A stretch of 64,000 nt of DNA from Candidatus Multivoradales bacterium (GCA_965223855.1 CBDCXM010000009.1:2784001-2848000), one strand, 5' to 3'; positions 8,938 through 18,904 are shown, counted from the stretch's first letter. Notes: a model not told the origin generated them from the sequence alone. Numbers and translations: made by a program.

Positions 8938-9959
8938 ACCCGGGATCCCTCGTCTATCTGGAAGAGGCGGCCGCCGGGCACGAGCGGGCGAAGTGGCTGC
9001 TCGAGCGCTTGCGGCCCTCCTCGGTCGTGGCTTGCGGGCACTACGGCGAACTCTTCAACCGCAGTGCTCAGGACTTCCGGCTGCAGAAAGAGTCGCCGGC
9101 ATGGATCGTGGCGACGAAGAGGGGGCGCTTCCTGCACCCGGTGCCGGACGGCTTCGGTGTCGGCGGCAGCGAGAACTGGTACTTCTCCCACATGCTGAAC
9201 TGCCTCTACGACTGCGGGTACTGCTTTCTCCAGGGGCTTTTCCGCTCGGCCTCCTACGTCTGGTTCGTCAACTACGAGGCGTTCATGGCGGCGATCGACG
9301 CTCGTCTCGCCGAGAGTGCCGCCGAAGCGATCTGGTTCTTCTCCGGTTACGACTGCGACAGCCTGGTCTTCGATCGCCTCACCGGATTCTGTGACGCGTT
9401 CCTGCCGTTCTTCGCCTCTCGTCCGAGGGCCTGGCTGGAACTACGTACGAAGAGCGTCGAGGTCTCGGCGCTGGAGCGCCACGCTCCTTTCGACAACTGT
9501 GTCGTCGCCTTCAGCTTCACGCCGCGCCGGACCCACCGGGCGATGGAGGCGGGCGTTCCGTCCATCGAACGGAGGCTCGACGCGCTGTCACGCGTCCAGC
9601 GGCTGGGGTGGCGGGTCGGGTTGCGCTTCGACCCCCTGATCTGGTCGCCCGACCACCTCGAGCAGCATCGGGTGCTGGTGGACGAAGTGTTCGCGGCGGT
9701 CGAACCGGAGACCGTCCATTCGGTGACGCTCGGCACCTTTCGGCTCCCCGTCGGTTTCCACCGGCGCATGGCTCGGCAGCGTCCTTTCGATGCGCTGCTG
9801 GCCGGACCCCTGGAGGAGGGGGACGGAGAGATGAGTTATCCTGAGGAACTCGAACGCGAACTGCTCGACGGCTTCGTCGGCCTTCTCGAGGAGCGCTTGC
9901 CGGCCGATCGGATCTTCGGCCATCGCTCGCGCCGATCTGCTATAACCGCGACGCAGTGA
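8934..9959 (+). CDS. Spore photoproduct lyase-like radical SAM protein
   Basis: NCLYDCGYCFLQG CxxxCxxC motif, ELRTKS, VGLRFDPLI; start at GTGA overlap 8934. Confidence 0.85.
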   Translation: MNPGSLVYLEEAAAGHERAKWLLERLRPSSVVACGHYGELFNRSAQDFRLQKESPAWIVATKRGRFLHPVPDGFGVGGSENWYFSHMLNCLYDCGYCFLQGLFRSASYVWFVNYEAFMAAIDARLAESAAEAIWFFSGYDCDSLVFDRLTGFCDAFLPFFASRPRAWLELRTKSVEVSALERHAPFDNCVVAFSFTPRRTHRAMEAGVPSIERRLDALSRVQRLGWRVGLRFDPLIWSPDHLEQHRVLVDEVFAAVEPETVHSVTLGTFRLPVGFHRRMARQRPFDALLAGPLEEGDGEMSYPEELERELLDGFVGLLEERLPADRIFGHRSRRSAITATQ

Positions 9960-10375
9960 GCCGAAAATACCGTCAACACGGTTACCAGGACGAGGAGCCC
10001 CGAAACCCGCCCGGTGGAACACGCCCGGCCCGGCAGGATCGGTCGGAGGGGCCTCGCGGTCGGGGATTGGGCGCGCCTTCCGCGACTGTCTTCCGCTGCC
10101 GCGTCTGCTCGGGGCGGATCGATCTCGAGGGTGGCGTCGCCGTGGAGGCTTCGTGTCCCGGCTGCGGAGCAGACCTTCACACCTGCAGCCACTGCGCCCA
10201 TTTCGATGCCGCTGCGACCTTCGAGTGTCGAGTCGCCATCGACACGAGGATCGCAGCGAAGGCGAAGCGCAACCGGTGCGATCACTTCGAGGTGCGCTGG
10301 ACGAGCGAGTTCCAGGCGGAGGCTCCGAGCCGCAGCGATGCGGCGAAGGCGTTCGACGACCTGTTCGACTTCTGA
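9956..10375 (+). CDS. Cys-rich zinc-binding hypothetical protein
   Basis: CRVC, CPGC, CSHC, C..C pairs; C-terminal AKAFDDLFDF. Confidence 0.75.
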   Translation: MSRKYRQHGYQDEEPRNPPGGTRPARQDRSEGPRGRGLGAPSATVFRCRVCSGRIDLEGGVAVEASCPGCGADLHTCSHCAHFDAAATFECRVAIDTRIAAKAKRNRCDHFEVRWTSEFQAEAPSRSDAAKAFDDLFDF

Positions 10376-10408
10376 GTCCGGGGACGAGTTCGAGAGGAGA
10401 GGGAGACG

Positions 10409-11764
10409 ATGGAACAGTTGAGCGAGTGGATGTCGACGGCGAGCGGGTTCGTCTGGGGGCCGTACCTTCTGATTCCGCTGCTTCTGTCGACGGGTCTCTT
10501 CCTCACCCTGCGGCTGAAGGGGCTGCAGTTCACCCAGCTGTGGCACTCGCTGTGGCTCGCCCTCGTCGTCCGCAAGGAGCGTGGTGCCGAGGGGGACATC
10601 TCCCATTTCCAGGCCCTGATGACGGCGCTCGCCGCGACGGTCGGCACCGGCAACATCGTCGGCGTGGCGACGGCGATCGCGATGGGTGGTCCCGGAGCGC
10701 TCTTCTGGATGTGGATGACCGGGCTCGTCGGCATGGCGACCAAGTACTCCGAGGCGCTGCTGTCGGTGCGGTTCCGGGTGCCGGACGGCCGGGGCGGCCA
10801 CTCCGGCGGACCGATGTACTACCTCACCAACGGCCTTCCGGGTGTCGGCCGCATCCTCGGTCTCCTGTTCGCCCTCTTCGCCGCCGTGGCGGCCTTCGGC
10901 ATCGGAAACATGGTTCAGTCCAACTCGGTGGCCGACGCACTGCGTCAGTCGTTCGGCATTGCGCCCTGGGTGAGCGGAGCAGTGATGGCGGTGGCCGCCG
11001 GCGCGGTCATTCTCGGCGGCATCCGGTCGATCGGTCGTTTCACCGGTGTCTTCGTGCCGGTGATGATCGCCGCTTACATGATCGGCTCGGGCATCATCCT
11101 GGTGAAACACCTCGGTGACATCCCAGGGGCGTTCCGGCTGATCTTCGACAGCGCCTTCTCCGGAACCGCGGCGACAGGCGGCTTCACCGGTGCCGTAGTG
11201 GCTCAGGCCATCCGCTTCGGCGTGGCCAGGGGCATCTTCTCGAACGAGTCGGGGCTCGGCTCCGCCGGCATCGCGGCGGCGGCGGCCCAGACACGGGAGC
11301 CCGCCCGTCAGGCGCTGGTCTCGATGACTCAGACGTTCATCGACACTCTGGTGGTGTGCACCTTCACCGGCCTGGCGCTGATCGTGACCGGGGCCTGGGA
11401 ATCGGGCCTCAACGGTGCGCCGATGACCCAGCAGGCCTTCGCGACCGGCCTCGGCGGCGAGTGGGGCGCATGGATCGTCACCGTCGGTCTTGCGATGTTC
11501 GCCTTCTCGACCATCCTCGGGTGGAGCTACTACGGCGAGAAGTCGATCGAGTTCCTCGCCGGCCACCGGTCCATCACTCCCTACCGGGTGCTGTTCATCG
11601 TCGCGGTGTTCTTCGGTGCGATCCGCAGCCTCGACTTCGTGTGGACCCTCTCGGACGTGATGAACGGGCTGATGGCGCTGCCGAACCTCGTCGGGTTGAT
11701 CCTGCTCTCGGGTATCGTGGCGTCCGAGTCGCGGCAGTACCTGCGCTCCCGTCGGCATCGCTGA
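10409..11764 (+). CDS. Alanine/glycine:cation symporter (AGCS family)
   Basis: [49 protein letters not shown]. Confidence 0.95.
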   Translation: MEQLSEWMSTASGFVWGPYLLIPLLLSTGLFLTLRLKGLQFTQLWHSLWLALVVRKERGAEGDISHFQALMTALAATVGTGNIVGVATAIAMGGPGALFWMWMTGLVGMATKYSEALLSVRFRVPDGRGGHSGGPMYYLTNGLPGVGRILGLLFALFAAVAAFGIGNMVQSNSVADALRQSFGIAPWVSGAVMAVAAGAVILGGIRSIGRFTGVFVPVMIAAYMIGSGIILVKHLGDIPGAFRLIFDSAFSGTAATGGFTGAVVAQAIRFGVARGIFSNESGLGSAGIAAAAAQTREPARQALVSMTQTFIDTLVVCTFTGLALIVTGAWESGLNGAPMTQQAFATGLGGEWGAWIVTVGLAMFAFSTILGWSYYGEKSIEFLAGHRSITPYRVLFIVAVFFGAIRSLDFVWTLSDVMNGLMALPNLVGLILLSGIVASESRQYLRSRRHR

Positions 11765-11860
11765 GGGGCGTTGCCTCCTGCGGCGACCGACCTTCAGATC
11801 CCGGGCGCCCCGGAGCGCGACCGATCAGGCGATCGAGTCCGGTCGGTGTATCATCCCGCC

Positions 11861-12253
11861 ATGTCCGAGGATGAGAAGGCAGGCTTCCCGGCGGAGCCTT
11901 CGGAGACGGCCGTTTCGTCAGACGAAGTCGTGATCGAGAAGCTCGAGCCCGATTCGGGTGAGGGGCTCGAGCAGAAGCTCGAGCAACTGGCTACCTTCTC
12001 GGTGCTCACGGTCGGTACCTTGCTGAAGATGATCGAAGGCAAGGGGCCGGGCGCCCTCGGCCCGGAGGGCGAGATCAAGCTGGCGAAGGCTCGGGAAGGC
12101 GTCCTCGAGGCGATCACGGCGCTCGACGATTGGCTCGAGAGTAGCGAGGGGCAGGCGTCCGACCTCGACCTCGCAGGCCTTCGGGGCCGCCTCGTGCAGA
12201 TGGCCGCTCAGCTCGAGCAAACCTCGATCGACGACGGAACGCCCCCCTCCTGA
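11861..12253 (+). CDS. Hypothetical helical protein
   Basis: Coding-like ORF; ATG 11861 lies 6 nt after a TATCAT box. Confidence 0.6.
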   Translation: MSEDEKAGFPAEPSETAVSSDEVVIEKLEPDSGEGLEQKLEQLATFSVLTVGTLLKMIEGKGPGALGPEGEIKLAKAREGVLEAITALDDWLESSEGQASDLDLAGLRGRLVQMAAQLEQTSIDDGTPPS

Positions 12254-12267
12254 GGCAGGGACAGAAG

Positions 12268-13368
12268 TTGGTCGAGCACGAAGAGCTCGTTCAGGACTGG
12301 GCTACGAAACTGGGCGCTTCGCTCGGCTTCGACGTCGCCACGACCAGCTGGTTGCTCGCTGCGGCGCTGTTTCTCGTCATCGTCCTCGGCATGGCGGCAG
12401 TTCGCCATGTGCTGCTGAGCCGCCTGCAGGGTGTCGTCGATCGGAGCAAGAACCTGGTCGACGATCTCGTGCTCGACCTGGTGCGCCGGACCGGCTGGCC
12501 GTTCTTCGTGATCGTCGGCATCTTCGTCGGCTCCGTGGCGCTGCGTCTCTCGCCGCCGGTCGATGCTGTGATTCGCAGGCTCTTCTCGATCGCTCTCTTC
12601 GTCCAGGGTGGCATCTGGGCCAACTACGTCCTGAGCTTCGTCGTCGATGCCTACCTCCAGCGTCGACGTGGAGAAGACGCATCGAAGGTCGCGGTGCTGG
12701 CGCTCTTCAACTTCTTTGCCCGGATCGCCGTCTGGACGTTGGTCGTGCTGCTGGTCCTCGACAACCTCGGTGTCGAGGTGGTCACCCTGATTGCCGGCCT
12801 CGGCGTAGGCGGCATCGCCATCGGCCTGGCGCTTCAGAGCGTGCTGCGTGACACCTTCGCCTCGCTGTCGATCATCCTCGACAAGCCGTTCGAGGTCGGT
12901 GACTTCATCATCGTCGACGACCTTCAGGGGACGGTCGAGCACATCGGGATCAAGACCACCCGCATTCTCAGCCTCGATGGCGAGGAGGTCGTGATCGGCA
13001 ACAACGACCTGCTCTCCTGCCGGATCCGCAACTTCAAGAAGATCGCCGAGCGCCGAGTGCTGCAGCAGCTCCGGCTCGCCTACGACACGTCACCGGACGA
13101 CCTCGATGCGATCCGCCCGATCGTCAAGGAGGTGGTCGACGAGGTGGAAGAGACGCGCTACGAGCGGGCCTACTTCAAGAGCTTCGGCCACGAGGCGGTG
13201 GAGTTCGAGTTCGGCTACTACGTCACCCGGGGAGACTTCGAGCAGATGATGGAGCGCCGCCAGCAGGTGAATCTGGCGCTCCATCGACGGCTGACCGAGG
13301 AGGGATACCGATTCGGGCTGCCATCGCGGCGCGTCTACTCGGATGACGACGGGGCGGGCGAGGGCTGA
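12268..13368 (+). CDS. Small-conductance mechanosensitive channel (MscS family)
   Basis: LIAGLGVGGIAIGLALQ, DKPFEVGDFI, GTVEHIGIKTTRI. Confidence 0.93.
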   Translation: MVEHEELVQDWATKLGASLGFDVATTSWLLAAALFLVIVLGMAAVRHVLLSRLQGVVDRSKNLVDDLVLDLVRRTGWPFFVIVGIFVGSVALRLSPPVDAVIRRLFSIALFVQGGIWANYVLSFVVDAYLQRRRGEDASKVAVLALFNFFARIAVWTLVVLLVLDNLGVEVVTLIAGLGVGGIAIGLALQSVLRDTFASLSIILDKPFEVGDFIIVDDLQGTVEHIGIKTTRILSLDGEEVVIGNNDLLSCRIRNFKKIAERRVLQQLRLAYDTSPDDLDAIRPIVKEVVDEVEETRYERAYFKSFGHEAVEFEFGYYVTRGDFEQMMERRQQVNLALHRRLTEEGYRFGLPSRRVYSDDDGAGEG

Positions 13369-14888
13369 TGCGTCGCGCGGCGGGTCTGGTCGTCCTGGGG
13401 ATGGTCGGCGCCGGCCTCGGCGTCTTCACTCCATCGATCGAGGCGAAGAAGCCGGCTCAGGTGGAGAGTCCCGAGGACCTGTACATCGTCGACTGTCTGC
13501 TGCCCCCGAGGATCCGTCGACTCGGACGGAGATCGGTGACGCAGGCTCCCCGACAGCCGATCAAGACGACGGCACTCGAGTGCCGCATCCGAGGCGGTGT
13601 CTACACCGAGCCCGACCAGGCGAACCTCGGCACGGCGCTCCAGGTCTGGCTCGCCGCCGCTCAGAGCGGTGACGCCGAGGCTCAGTTCTACGTCGGTCAG
13701 ATCTTCGAGAAGGGGCTGGGGGTCGATCCCGACTTCGGCAGTGCCGCGCAGTGGTACCGCAAGGCGGCCGAGCAGGGGTACGCGGCGGCGCAGATCAACC
13801 TCGGCTCGCTCTACGAGACGGGGCGCGGAGTCGAACAGGACGGGGAAGAGGCGCTGCGCTGGTACCGGCGCGCCGCGGGTCTGGCAGAAGACCTCGTCGT
13901 TCTCCAGAGCGAGGAGGTAGAAGACCTCCGCGCCGCGAGGGACCGTCTGGAAGCGGCCGAGCGTGAGGTGGCCGACCTTGAGCAAGAGGTGACGCGACTG
14001 CGGGAGGCCGGAGCCGCCTCCGCGGAGGAGATCCAGCGTCTCGAGGAACGGACCCGCGAACTCGAGCGACAGTCCAGCGAGGCGGAGGATCTCAGGGCGG
14101 AGCTGGAACGGCTCAGCAGCTCCTCGGGAGCTGTTCCGGCCGCAGCGGGATCGATCCCGCTGCCCGGTCCGGGCGCCGTCAACTTCGGGAACTATCATGC
14201 GCTCGTCGTCGGCATCTCGAACTACGCCTCTCTCGACTCGCTTCCCGAGGCCGCGGAGGGGGCGAAGAGGATCGCCGAGACCTTGAGACGCGACTACGGC
14301 TTCGAGGTCGAGGTCCATCTGGACGCCTCGCGCCTCACCATCATGAAGGCGCTCAACCAGTTGCGCGAGCGACTGACCCCCGACGACAATCTCCTCGTCT
14401 ACTACGCCGGCCACGCGACCCGCGACACCAGGGGGACCCGTGCGTTCTGGCAGGCGGCGGACGCGGACGCGTCGAATCCGGTGAACTGGATTCCCACCGA
14501 GCTGGTCACGGAGCACCTCGATCTGGTCCCGGCGCGTCACGTGCTGGTGGTGGCGGACGCTCTCTTTACCGGTCTTCGCACCCGTTCGGCGGTCGCCCAG
14601 TTGCGACAGGGGATGACCGACGAAGAGCGCTACCACTACCTCAGGACCCTGCGGGAGAAGCGCTGCCGGCTCGTCCTGACTTCCGGGAGCGAGGACGGAG
14701 CGGGGGAGTTCACCGGCTCTCTGGCCGGACTGCTGGAGGCGAACGACGGTCTGCTCGAGGCGTCTCAGCTCTACCGCGAACTGGTACGCGGTCGTGACGC
14801 TTCGAACGAGGGGCCGCCGCCGGAGTTCGCGTCGATGCGATGGGCACGCAACGAAGTAGCGGACTTCTTCTTCGTCCGAACCCCGTAG
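13368..14888 (+). CDS. Secreted Sel1-repeat / coiled-coil / peptidase C14 (caspase-like) protein, catalytic Cys absent
   Basis: Signal peptide; Sel1 repeats (AQFYVGQIFEKGLGV, AQINLGSLYETGRGV); C14 domain HALVVGISNY...LVYYAGHA...VVADALF. Confidence 0.85.
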   Translation: MRRAAGLVVLGMVGAGLGVFTPSIEAKKPAQVESPEDLYIVDCLLPPRIRRLGRRSVTQAPRQPIKTTALECRIRGGVYTEPDQANLGTALQVWLAAAQSGDAEAQFYVGQIFEKGLGVDPDFGSAAQWYRKAAEQGYAAAQINLGSLYETGRGVEQDGEEALRWYRRAAGLAEDLVVLQSEEVEDLRAARDRLEAAEREVADLEQEVTRLREAGAASAEEIQRLEERTRELERQSSEAEDLRAELERLSSSSGAVPAAAGSIPLPGPGAVNFGNYHALVVGISNYASLDSLPEAAEGAKRIAETLRRDYGFEVEVHLDASRLTIMKALNQLRERLTPDDNLLVYYAGHATRDTRGTRAFWQAADADASNPVNWIPTELVTEHLDLVPARHVLVVADALFTGLRTRSAVAQLRQGMTDEERYHYLRTLREKRCRLVLTSGSEDGAGEFTGSLAGLLEANDGLLEASQLYRELVRGRDASNEGPPPEFASMRWARNEVADFFFVRTP

Positions 14889-14940
14889 GCGCGAAGACGG
14901 ACCTGGGCGTCGCGCCCCGCAGTTCCGCGCGGGCCACCGC

Positions 14941-14946
14941 TACATT
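14941..14946 (+). promoter_or_regulatory. Putative -10 box (TACATT) for the intergenic RNA
   Basis: TANNNT hexamer about 7 nt upstream of a structured non-coding segment. Confidence 0.4.
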
Positions 14947-14952
14947 CAGCAA

Positions 14953-15133
14953 AAGGCGACCACCGGAGTGGCGGGCGAAAGTCCGCGAGAAGGGACTCGA
15001 GTACGACGGATTCGCCGACCGCAGCAGTCCTGACGGGCTCTTTTCGTCCGGGCCGACCTTGAGTTCCGAGCGGGACGGCCGCGACCTGCCTGAGTCAGCG
15101 GGCGGTAGCCGGCCGGGAGCCGGTTCTCGCCCT
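14953..15133 (+). ncRNA. ssrS: Probable 6S RNA (or other ~180-nt structured ncRNA)
   Basis: Closing stem GGCGA-CC-ACCGG (14955-14966) / CCGGT-TC-TCGCC (15120-15131); inner stem GGGACTCGAG / CTTGAGTTCC; ACCTG...AGCGGG element resembling Firmicutes-type 6S RNAs; sits between convergent genes. Confidence 0.55.
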
Positions 15134-15219
15134 ACACGGAGTCCTTCCGGCTCGCGCATCGGCGACTGGAGGAACCGGCGCGGGACGGAGCAGGCAGGGT
15201 AGCGCCTGATGGCAGGGCG

Positions 15220-17310
15220 TCAGGCCCCGCTGCGCGCGACGAAGAAGAACTCGCCTCCACTGTGATCCGTCCGTGGAATCGGCGCAAACCGGGGGCGCTG
15301 GGGCATGCCCAGTGCCTGTGAGCCGTCGGCGACCGCATCGACCGTGGTCTGGAAGAGCCCGGAGGCCGCGAGCACGGCGTCGTTCGCTTCGAGCGCCTCG
15401 AGCAGCTCTCGAGCGAAGATCGAGTGGTCGCCGCCGCCCGAATCGAGTACCGGACTCAGGCCGCCCGAGGTCAGCAGCAGGCGGGACTTGTACCCGAGGG
15501 CCTCTTCGATCTCCGACGCAGAGCGCGGTGGGGGAGCGGTCTCCTCGGCGTTCCCGGGGGCGGCGAGTGCGCCGGAGAAGCACGAGTCCGCGACCACCAG
15601 CACTCGCTGCGCCTCCGTCTGGTCGAGCAGGGCACTCAAGGTATGAGTGGTGGAGATCCAGTTCGAGGTGTCGAGCGGATCGGCATCGACCGGCTGCCAG
15701 AAGCCGCTCTGGTTGCGGCCGTCGATGCGGCCGTGGCCGGCATAGAAGACGAGCAGGTTGTCGCGCGGAGTCATGCTGCTGGCCACACTCGAGAGCTGGG
15801 TGACGATCTCCGCACGGGTCGCATCGAGCAGGAGGTGGACTTCGAATCCATAGCGGTTCTCGAGCAGACCCGCCAGTTCACGGGCGTCGCGGGCGGCGCT
15901 CTCGAGCTCCGGCAGGTACTGGTAGCGATCGTTGCCGATCACGACGGCGTGGAAGTCGCCGAAGTCGAGCGCCGCGAGTGCCGAAGCGCTGGGGGCCGCG
16001 CGCGCTCTCAGGAACAGGAACGTGGCCACGGCCAGAAGTGCGACGAGGGCCAACCCGGCGACGAGGGGCGAGCGCCGGCTCCGCCACGGGACGCCGCCTT
16101 CGGTGGCGACGAAGGTGCCGGCCGGCGGTGTGCTAACCGCTGTGCCGGGTTCGGGCCTCGCCTCGGGTGAGAGGGTGGTCGCCTCGTCCCGCCCGGAGAC
16201 CGCCTGTCCTCGAGGCGGTGCGGCCACCGTCGCTCCCGCCGGCGTCGATGCCGAGGGGGACATCGTCGTTGGATCGTGCCCCGGGGGCGACACGGTCGTC
16301 GGGTCGGCTGTCGGCTGCGCCTCGCCCGGGTCGGCCTCCGGCTGCGTCCCGATGTCGCCTCCCGGCCCGGTCGGCACGGTCGAGGGCTGTAGTGGCTCGG
16401 ATTCCAGGATCGTCCGGTCGTGGCTGCCGGACTCCGACGCTCCGGCGGCGGCCGCCGCCAGCTGCGTGGCGAACTCACGCGCATCGGCGTAGCGGTCGTC
16501 CGGGCTCTTGGCGAGAGCGCGGAGCAGCACCGTTCGCAGCGGCTGCGAGACTTTGCCCTGCGGGTCGGTCTCGTCGAAGCTCCTCGGCGGATGGAACAGG
16601 TGTCCGGCGATCAACGACGTCTGGTCGGTGCCGGTGATCGGCAGGATCCCCGTCAGCAGCTCGTAGAGGGCGACGCCCAGCGAGTAGAGGTCGCTACGGC
16701 CGTCGATCGGCGCGTCGCCGCTTGCACCGAGCTGCTCCGGGGAGGAGTACCGGACCTTGCCGATGAACATCGCCGCCCGCGTCTCGAACTGCGCTCCATC
16801 GAGCGGCTTGGCGATCCCCATGTCGATGAGCTTCACCAGCAGCTCGCCCCGATGAGAGCGCGTCAGCATGATGTTGTCGGGCGAGATGTCCCGGTGAACG
16901 ACGTTGCGCTGGTGGAGATAGTCGAGCGCCTCGAGAGTCTGCAATCCGACTTCGAGGATCTGCGCCTGGGACAGCGGTGTCGGCGAGCGCTGCGTCTGGA
17001 CGAGGTCGCGGCCCTCGATGAACTCCATGACGATGCAGGCCATGCCGTCGTCGCCGACGACGAAGTCGTGAATCGCGGCGATGTTCTCGTGGCGTAGACG
17101 GGTCGCCACCTGGGCCTCCCTGAGGAAACGCGCCTGCAACTCCGCGTCGTGCTTGAGTTGAGGGCGGATCGTCTTGAGGACCCGAACCTCCTCCAGGTGG
17201 CGGTGGTGACCCTTGTAGATCTCTCCCATCCCACCTTCGCCGAGAAGGTCGAGGATCTCGTACTTGCGATCGATCTCCTCGATGCCGATGGAGAGAGGAG
17301 CGTCGCTCAT
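15220..17310 (-). CDS. Hanks-type Ser/Thr kinase - Pro/Thr linker - TM - extracytoplasmic caspase-like (C14) domain
   Basis: LGEGGMGEIY, HRDISPDN, DMG (DFG variant), YSSPEQ, SDLYSLG; TM LVAGLALVALLAVATFLFL; C14 dyad FYAGHG / VADSCFS. Confidence 0.92.
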   Translation of the reverse strand: MSDAPLSIGIEEIDRKYEILDLLGEGGMGEIYKGHHRHLEEVRVLKTIRPQLKHDAELQARFLREAQVATRLRHENIAAIHDFVVGDDGMACIVMEFIEGRDLVQTQRSPTPLSQAQILEVGLQTLEALDYLHQRNVVHRDISPDNIMLTRSHRGELLVKLIDMGIAKPLDGAQFETRAAMFIGKVRYSSPEQLGASGDAPIDGRSDLYSLGVALYELLTGILPITGTDQTSLIAGHLFHPPRSFDETDPQGKVSQPLRTVLLRALAKSPDDRYADAREFATQLAAAAAGASESGSHDRTILESEPLQPSTVPTGPGGDIGTQPEADPGEAQPTADPTTVSPPGHDPTTMSPSASTPAGATVAAPPRGQAVSGRDEATTLSPEARPEPGTAVSTPPAGTFVATEGGVPWRSRRSPLVAGLALVALLAVATFLFLRARAAPSASALAALDFGDFHAVVIGNDRYQYLPELESAARDARELAGLLENRYGFEVHLLLDATRAEIVTQLSSVASSMTPRDNLLVFYAGHGRIDGRNQSGFWQPVDADPLDTSNWISTTHTLSALLDQTEAQRVLVVADSCFSGALAAPGNAEETAPPPRSASEIEEALGYKSRLLLTSGGLSPVLDSGGGDHSIFARELLEALEANDAVLAASGLFQTTVDAVADGSQALGMPQRPRFAPIPRTDHSGGEFFFVARSGA

Positions 17311-17347
17311 GTGAGGGGTCCGCCGGCCGCCCGGCCGTGGCGCGCGC

Positions 17348-18871
17348 TCAGCTCCGCGCCATCAGCAGCGTATGGAGGAGCTTGCGTTGCGCGGACAGGT
17401 ACTGGATGTCCCCGCTGGGATCGCCGCCGAAGGTCTGCTCGAGCGTCTCACCGGTGTTGGCGTCGGTCGCCTCGACCGCGATCGTGCCGTCCTCCCGATA
17501 CTGGGTGTAGACACCGATCGGGTAGTTGAGTCGCGGGTTGGGGAGGGGACCGACGTTGAGGATGCCGAGGCTCACCGCCTGCTTCGGATCGCCCGAGAAC
17601 TGCACGAAATCGAGCACCATGTTCCGCTGGTCGTGGCGGGTGGTGTAGTACGTCTTGCTGATCCGCGTCGGAAGCGGCATGTTCTTCTTGATCAGCGTGT
17701 TCACGGTGACCTCACCGGTCGTCGGGTCGATGGTGCGCACGCCGACGTTGTAGCCGGTGACCCCCTTGAGCTCCGGCGGCAGGGTGTAGGCGACCTTCTC
17801 GCCGGAGAGCTGCGCGGCGCGCAGCGAGGCGCCGTAGGCGACGGCTTTGCTCGGCTCGTGGTAGAGCACCTCCTGCTCGTCGCCGTCGAACTCCTTGCGG
17901 ACCCGATCCACGACCGCCGGCACCAGGGATGACCCGCCGACGAGAAGCGCGGTGTTCACGTCCTTCTTCGACAGCCCCGCCTCCTTGAGGCACTGCAGCA
18001 TGACGTCGATCGTCTTCTCGATGTAGCCCTTGATGGCACGAACGAACTCGTCCCGCTCGATCTCGATCTCGACCGCCTCCCGACCGAGGATGACGGTCTT
18101 GCGGACACGCGGTGTGGCCGGGCCGCAGAGCTCGATCTTGATCGCCTCCGAAGCGCGCCGCAGTTCCAGGAGCGAACGCGCCGTCGGCTCGAACTTCCGG
18201 CCGAGGGCGTTCTCGAACTGGGCGAGGATGATCTCGCCGATCCGCTCGTCGAACTCCTTGCCTCCGAGATCGGAGAGTCCTGCCTTCGAGAGGACGTAGA
18301 TACCGTTGCTGTCGAGACTCAAGGCGGTGGCGTCGAACGTGCCGCCGCCGAAGTCGTAGGCGAGGAGCACCTGATCGTGCGCTTCGTGAGTTACGCCGTA
18401 GTGAAGTGCCGCGGCGACGGGCTCCTCGATGAGGTCGAGCAGGGGAAGGTCGGCGAGCATCGCGGCGGCCGCGACCGCCTTGCGCTGCGGGTCGTTGTAG
18501 TGAGCGGGGACCGTGATCACGGCGCCGTCCACGCGGCGACCGCCGTCCGCCTCCGCGTCGAAGCGCAGCTTGTCGAGCAGCAGAGCGCCGATCCCCTCGG
18601 CGTGCCAGGCGGCACCCTTGTCGTCGAAGTAGATCGGCTCGCGCTCCCCGAAGTGCCGCTTGAAGAAGCGGATTGCGGGCAACTCCGGATGGTCCTCGAC
18701 CATGTCCTCGGCCGTGGCGCCTACGAAGGCACTGCCTCCGGTGACGACCGCGACCGACGGCGTATGAAACCGCTCCTCGTCCCACGAATCCGGGATCAGG
18801 GCGCTGGAACCGTCGGGCTGGATTCTCGAAGCGAGCGAGTAGCTCGTCCCCAGGTCGATGCCGATCTTCAT
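17348..18871 (-). CDS. Hsp70-family protein (atypical, 507 aa, no helical lid)
   Basis: IGIDLGTSYS, AVITVPAHYNDPQRKA, EEPVAAAL, YDFGGGTFD, LLVGGSS. Confidence 0.92.
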   Translation of the reverse strand: MKIGIDLGTSYSLASRIQPDGSSALIPDSWDEERFHTPSVAVVTGGSAFVGATAEDMVEDHPELPAIRFFKRHFGEREPIYFDDKGAAWHAEGIGALLLDKLRFDAEADGGRRVDGAVITVPAHYNDPQRKAVAAAAMLADLPLLDLIEEPVAAALHYGVTHEAHDQVLLAYDFGGGTFDATALSLDSNGIYVLSKAGLSDLGGKEFDERIGEIILAQFENALGRKFEPTARSLLELRRASEAIKIELCGPATPRVRKTVILGREAVEIEIERDEFVRAIKGYIEKTIDVMLQCLKEAGLSKKDVNTALLVGGSSLVPAVVDRVRKEFDGDEQEVLYHEPSKAVAYGASLRAAQLSGEKVAYTLPPELKGVTGYNVGVRTIDPTTGEVTVNTLIKKNMPLPTRISKTYYTTRHDQRNMVLDFVQFSGDPKQAVSLGILNVGPLPNPRLNYPIGVYTQYREDGTIAVEATDANTGETLEQTFGGDPSGDIQYLSAQRKLLHTLLMARS

Positions 18872-18904
18872 GTCGAGCCGGTCCTCACGTCGACGATCGC
18901 CGCA

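Noticed and set aside
15136-15156. SRP RNA suggested by CCGGAAGGA on the minus strand
   Set aside because: The flanking CAGG / AGCAG symmetric-loop residues of SRP helix 8 are missing
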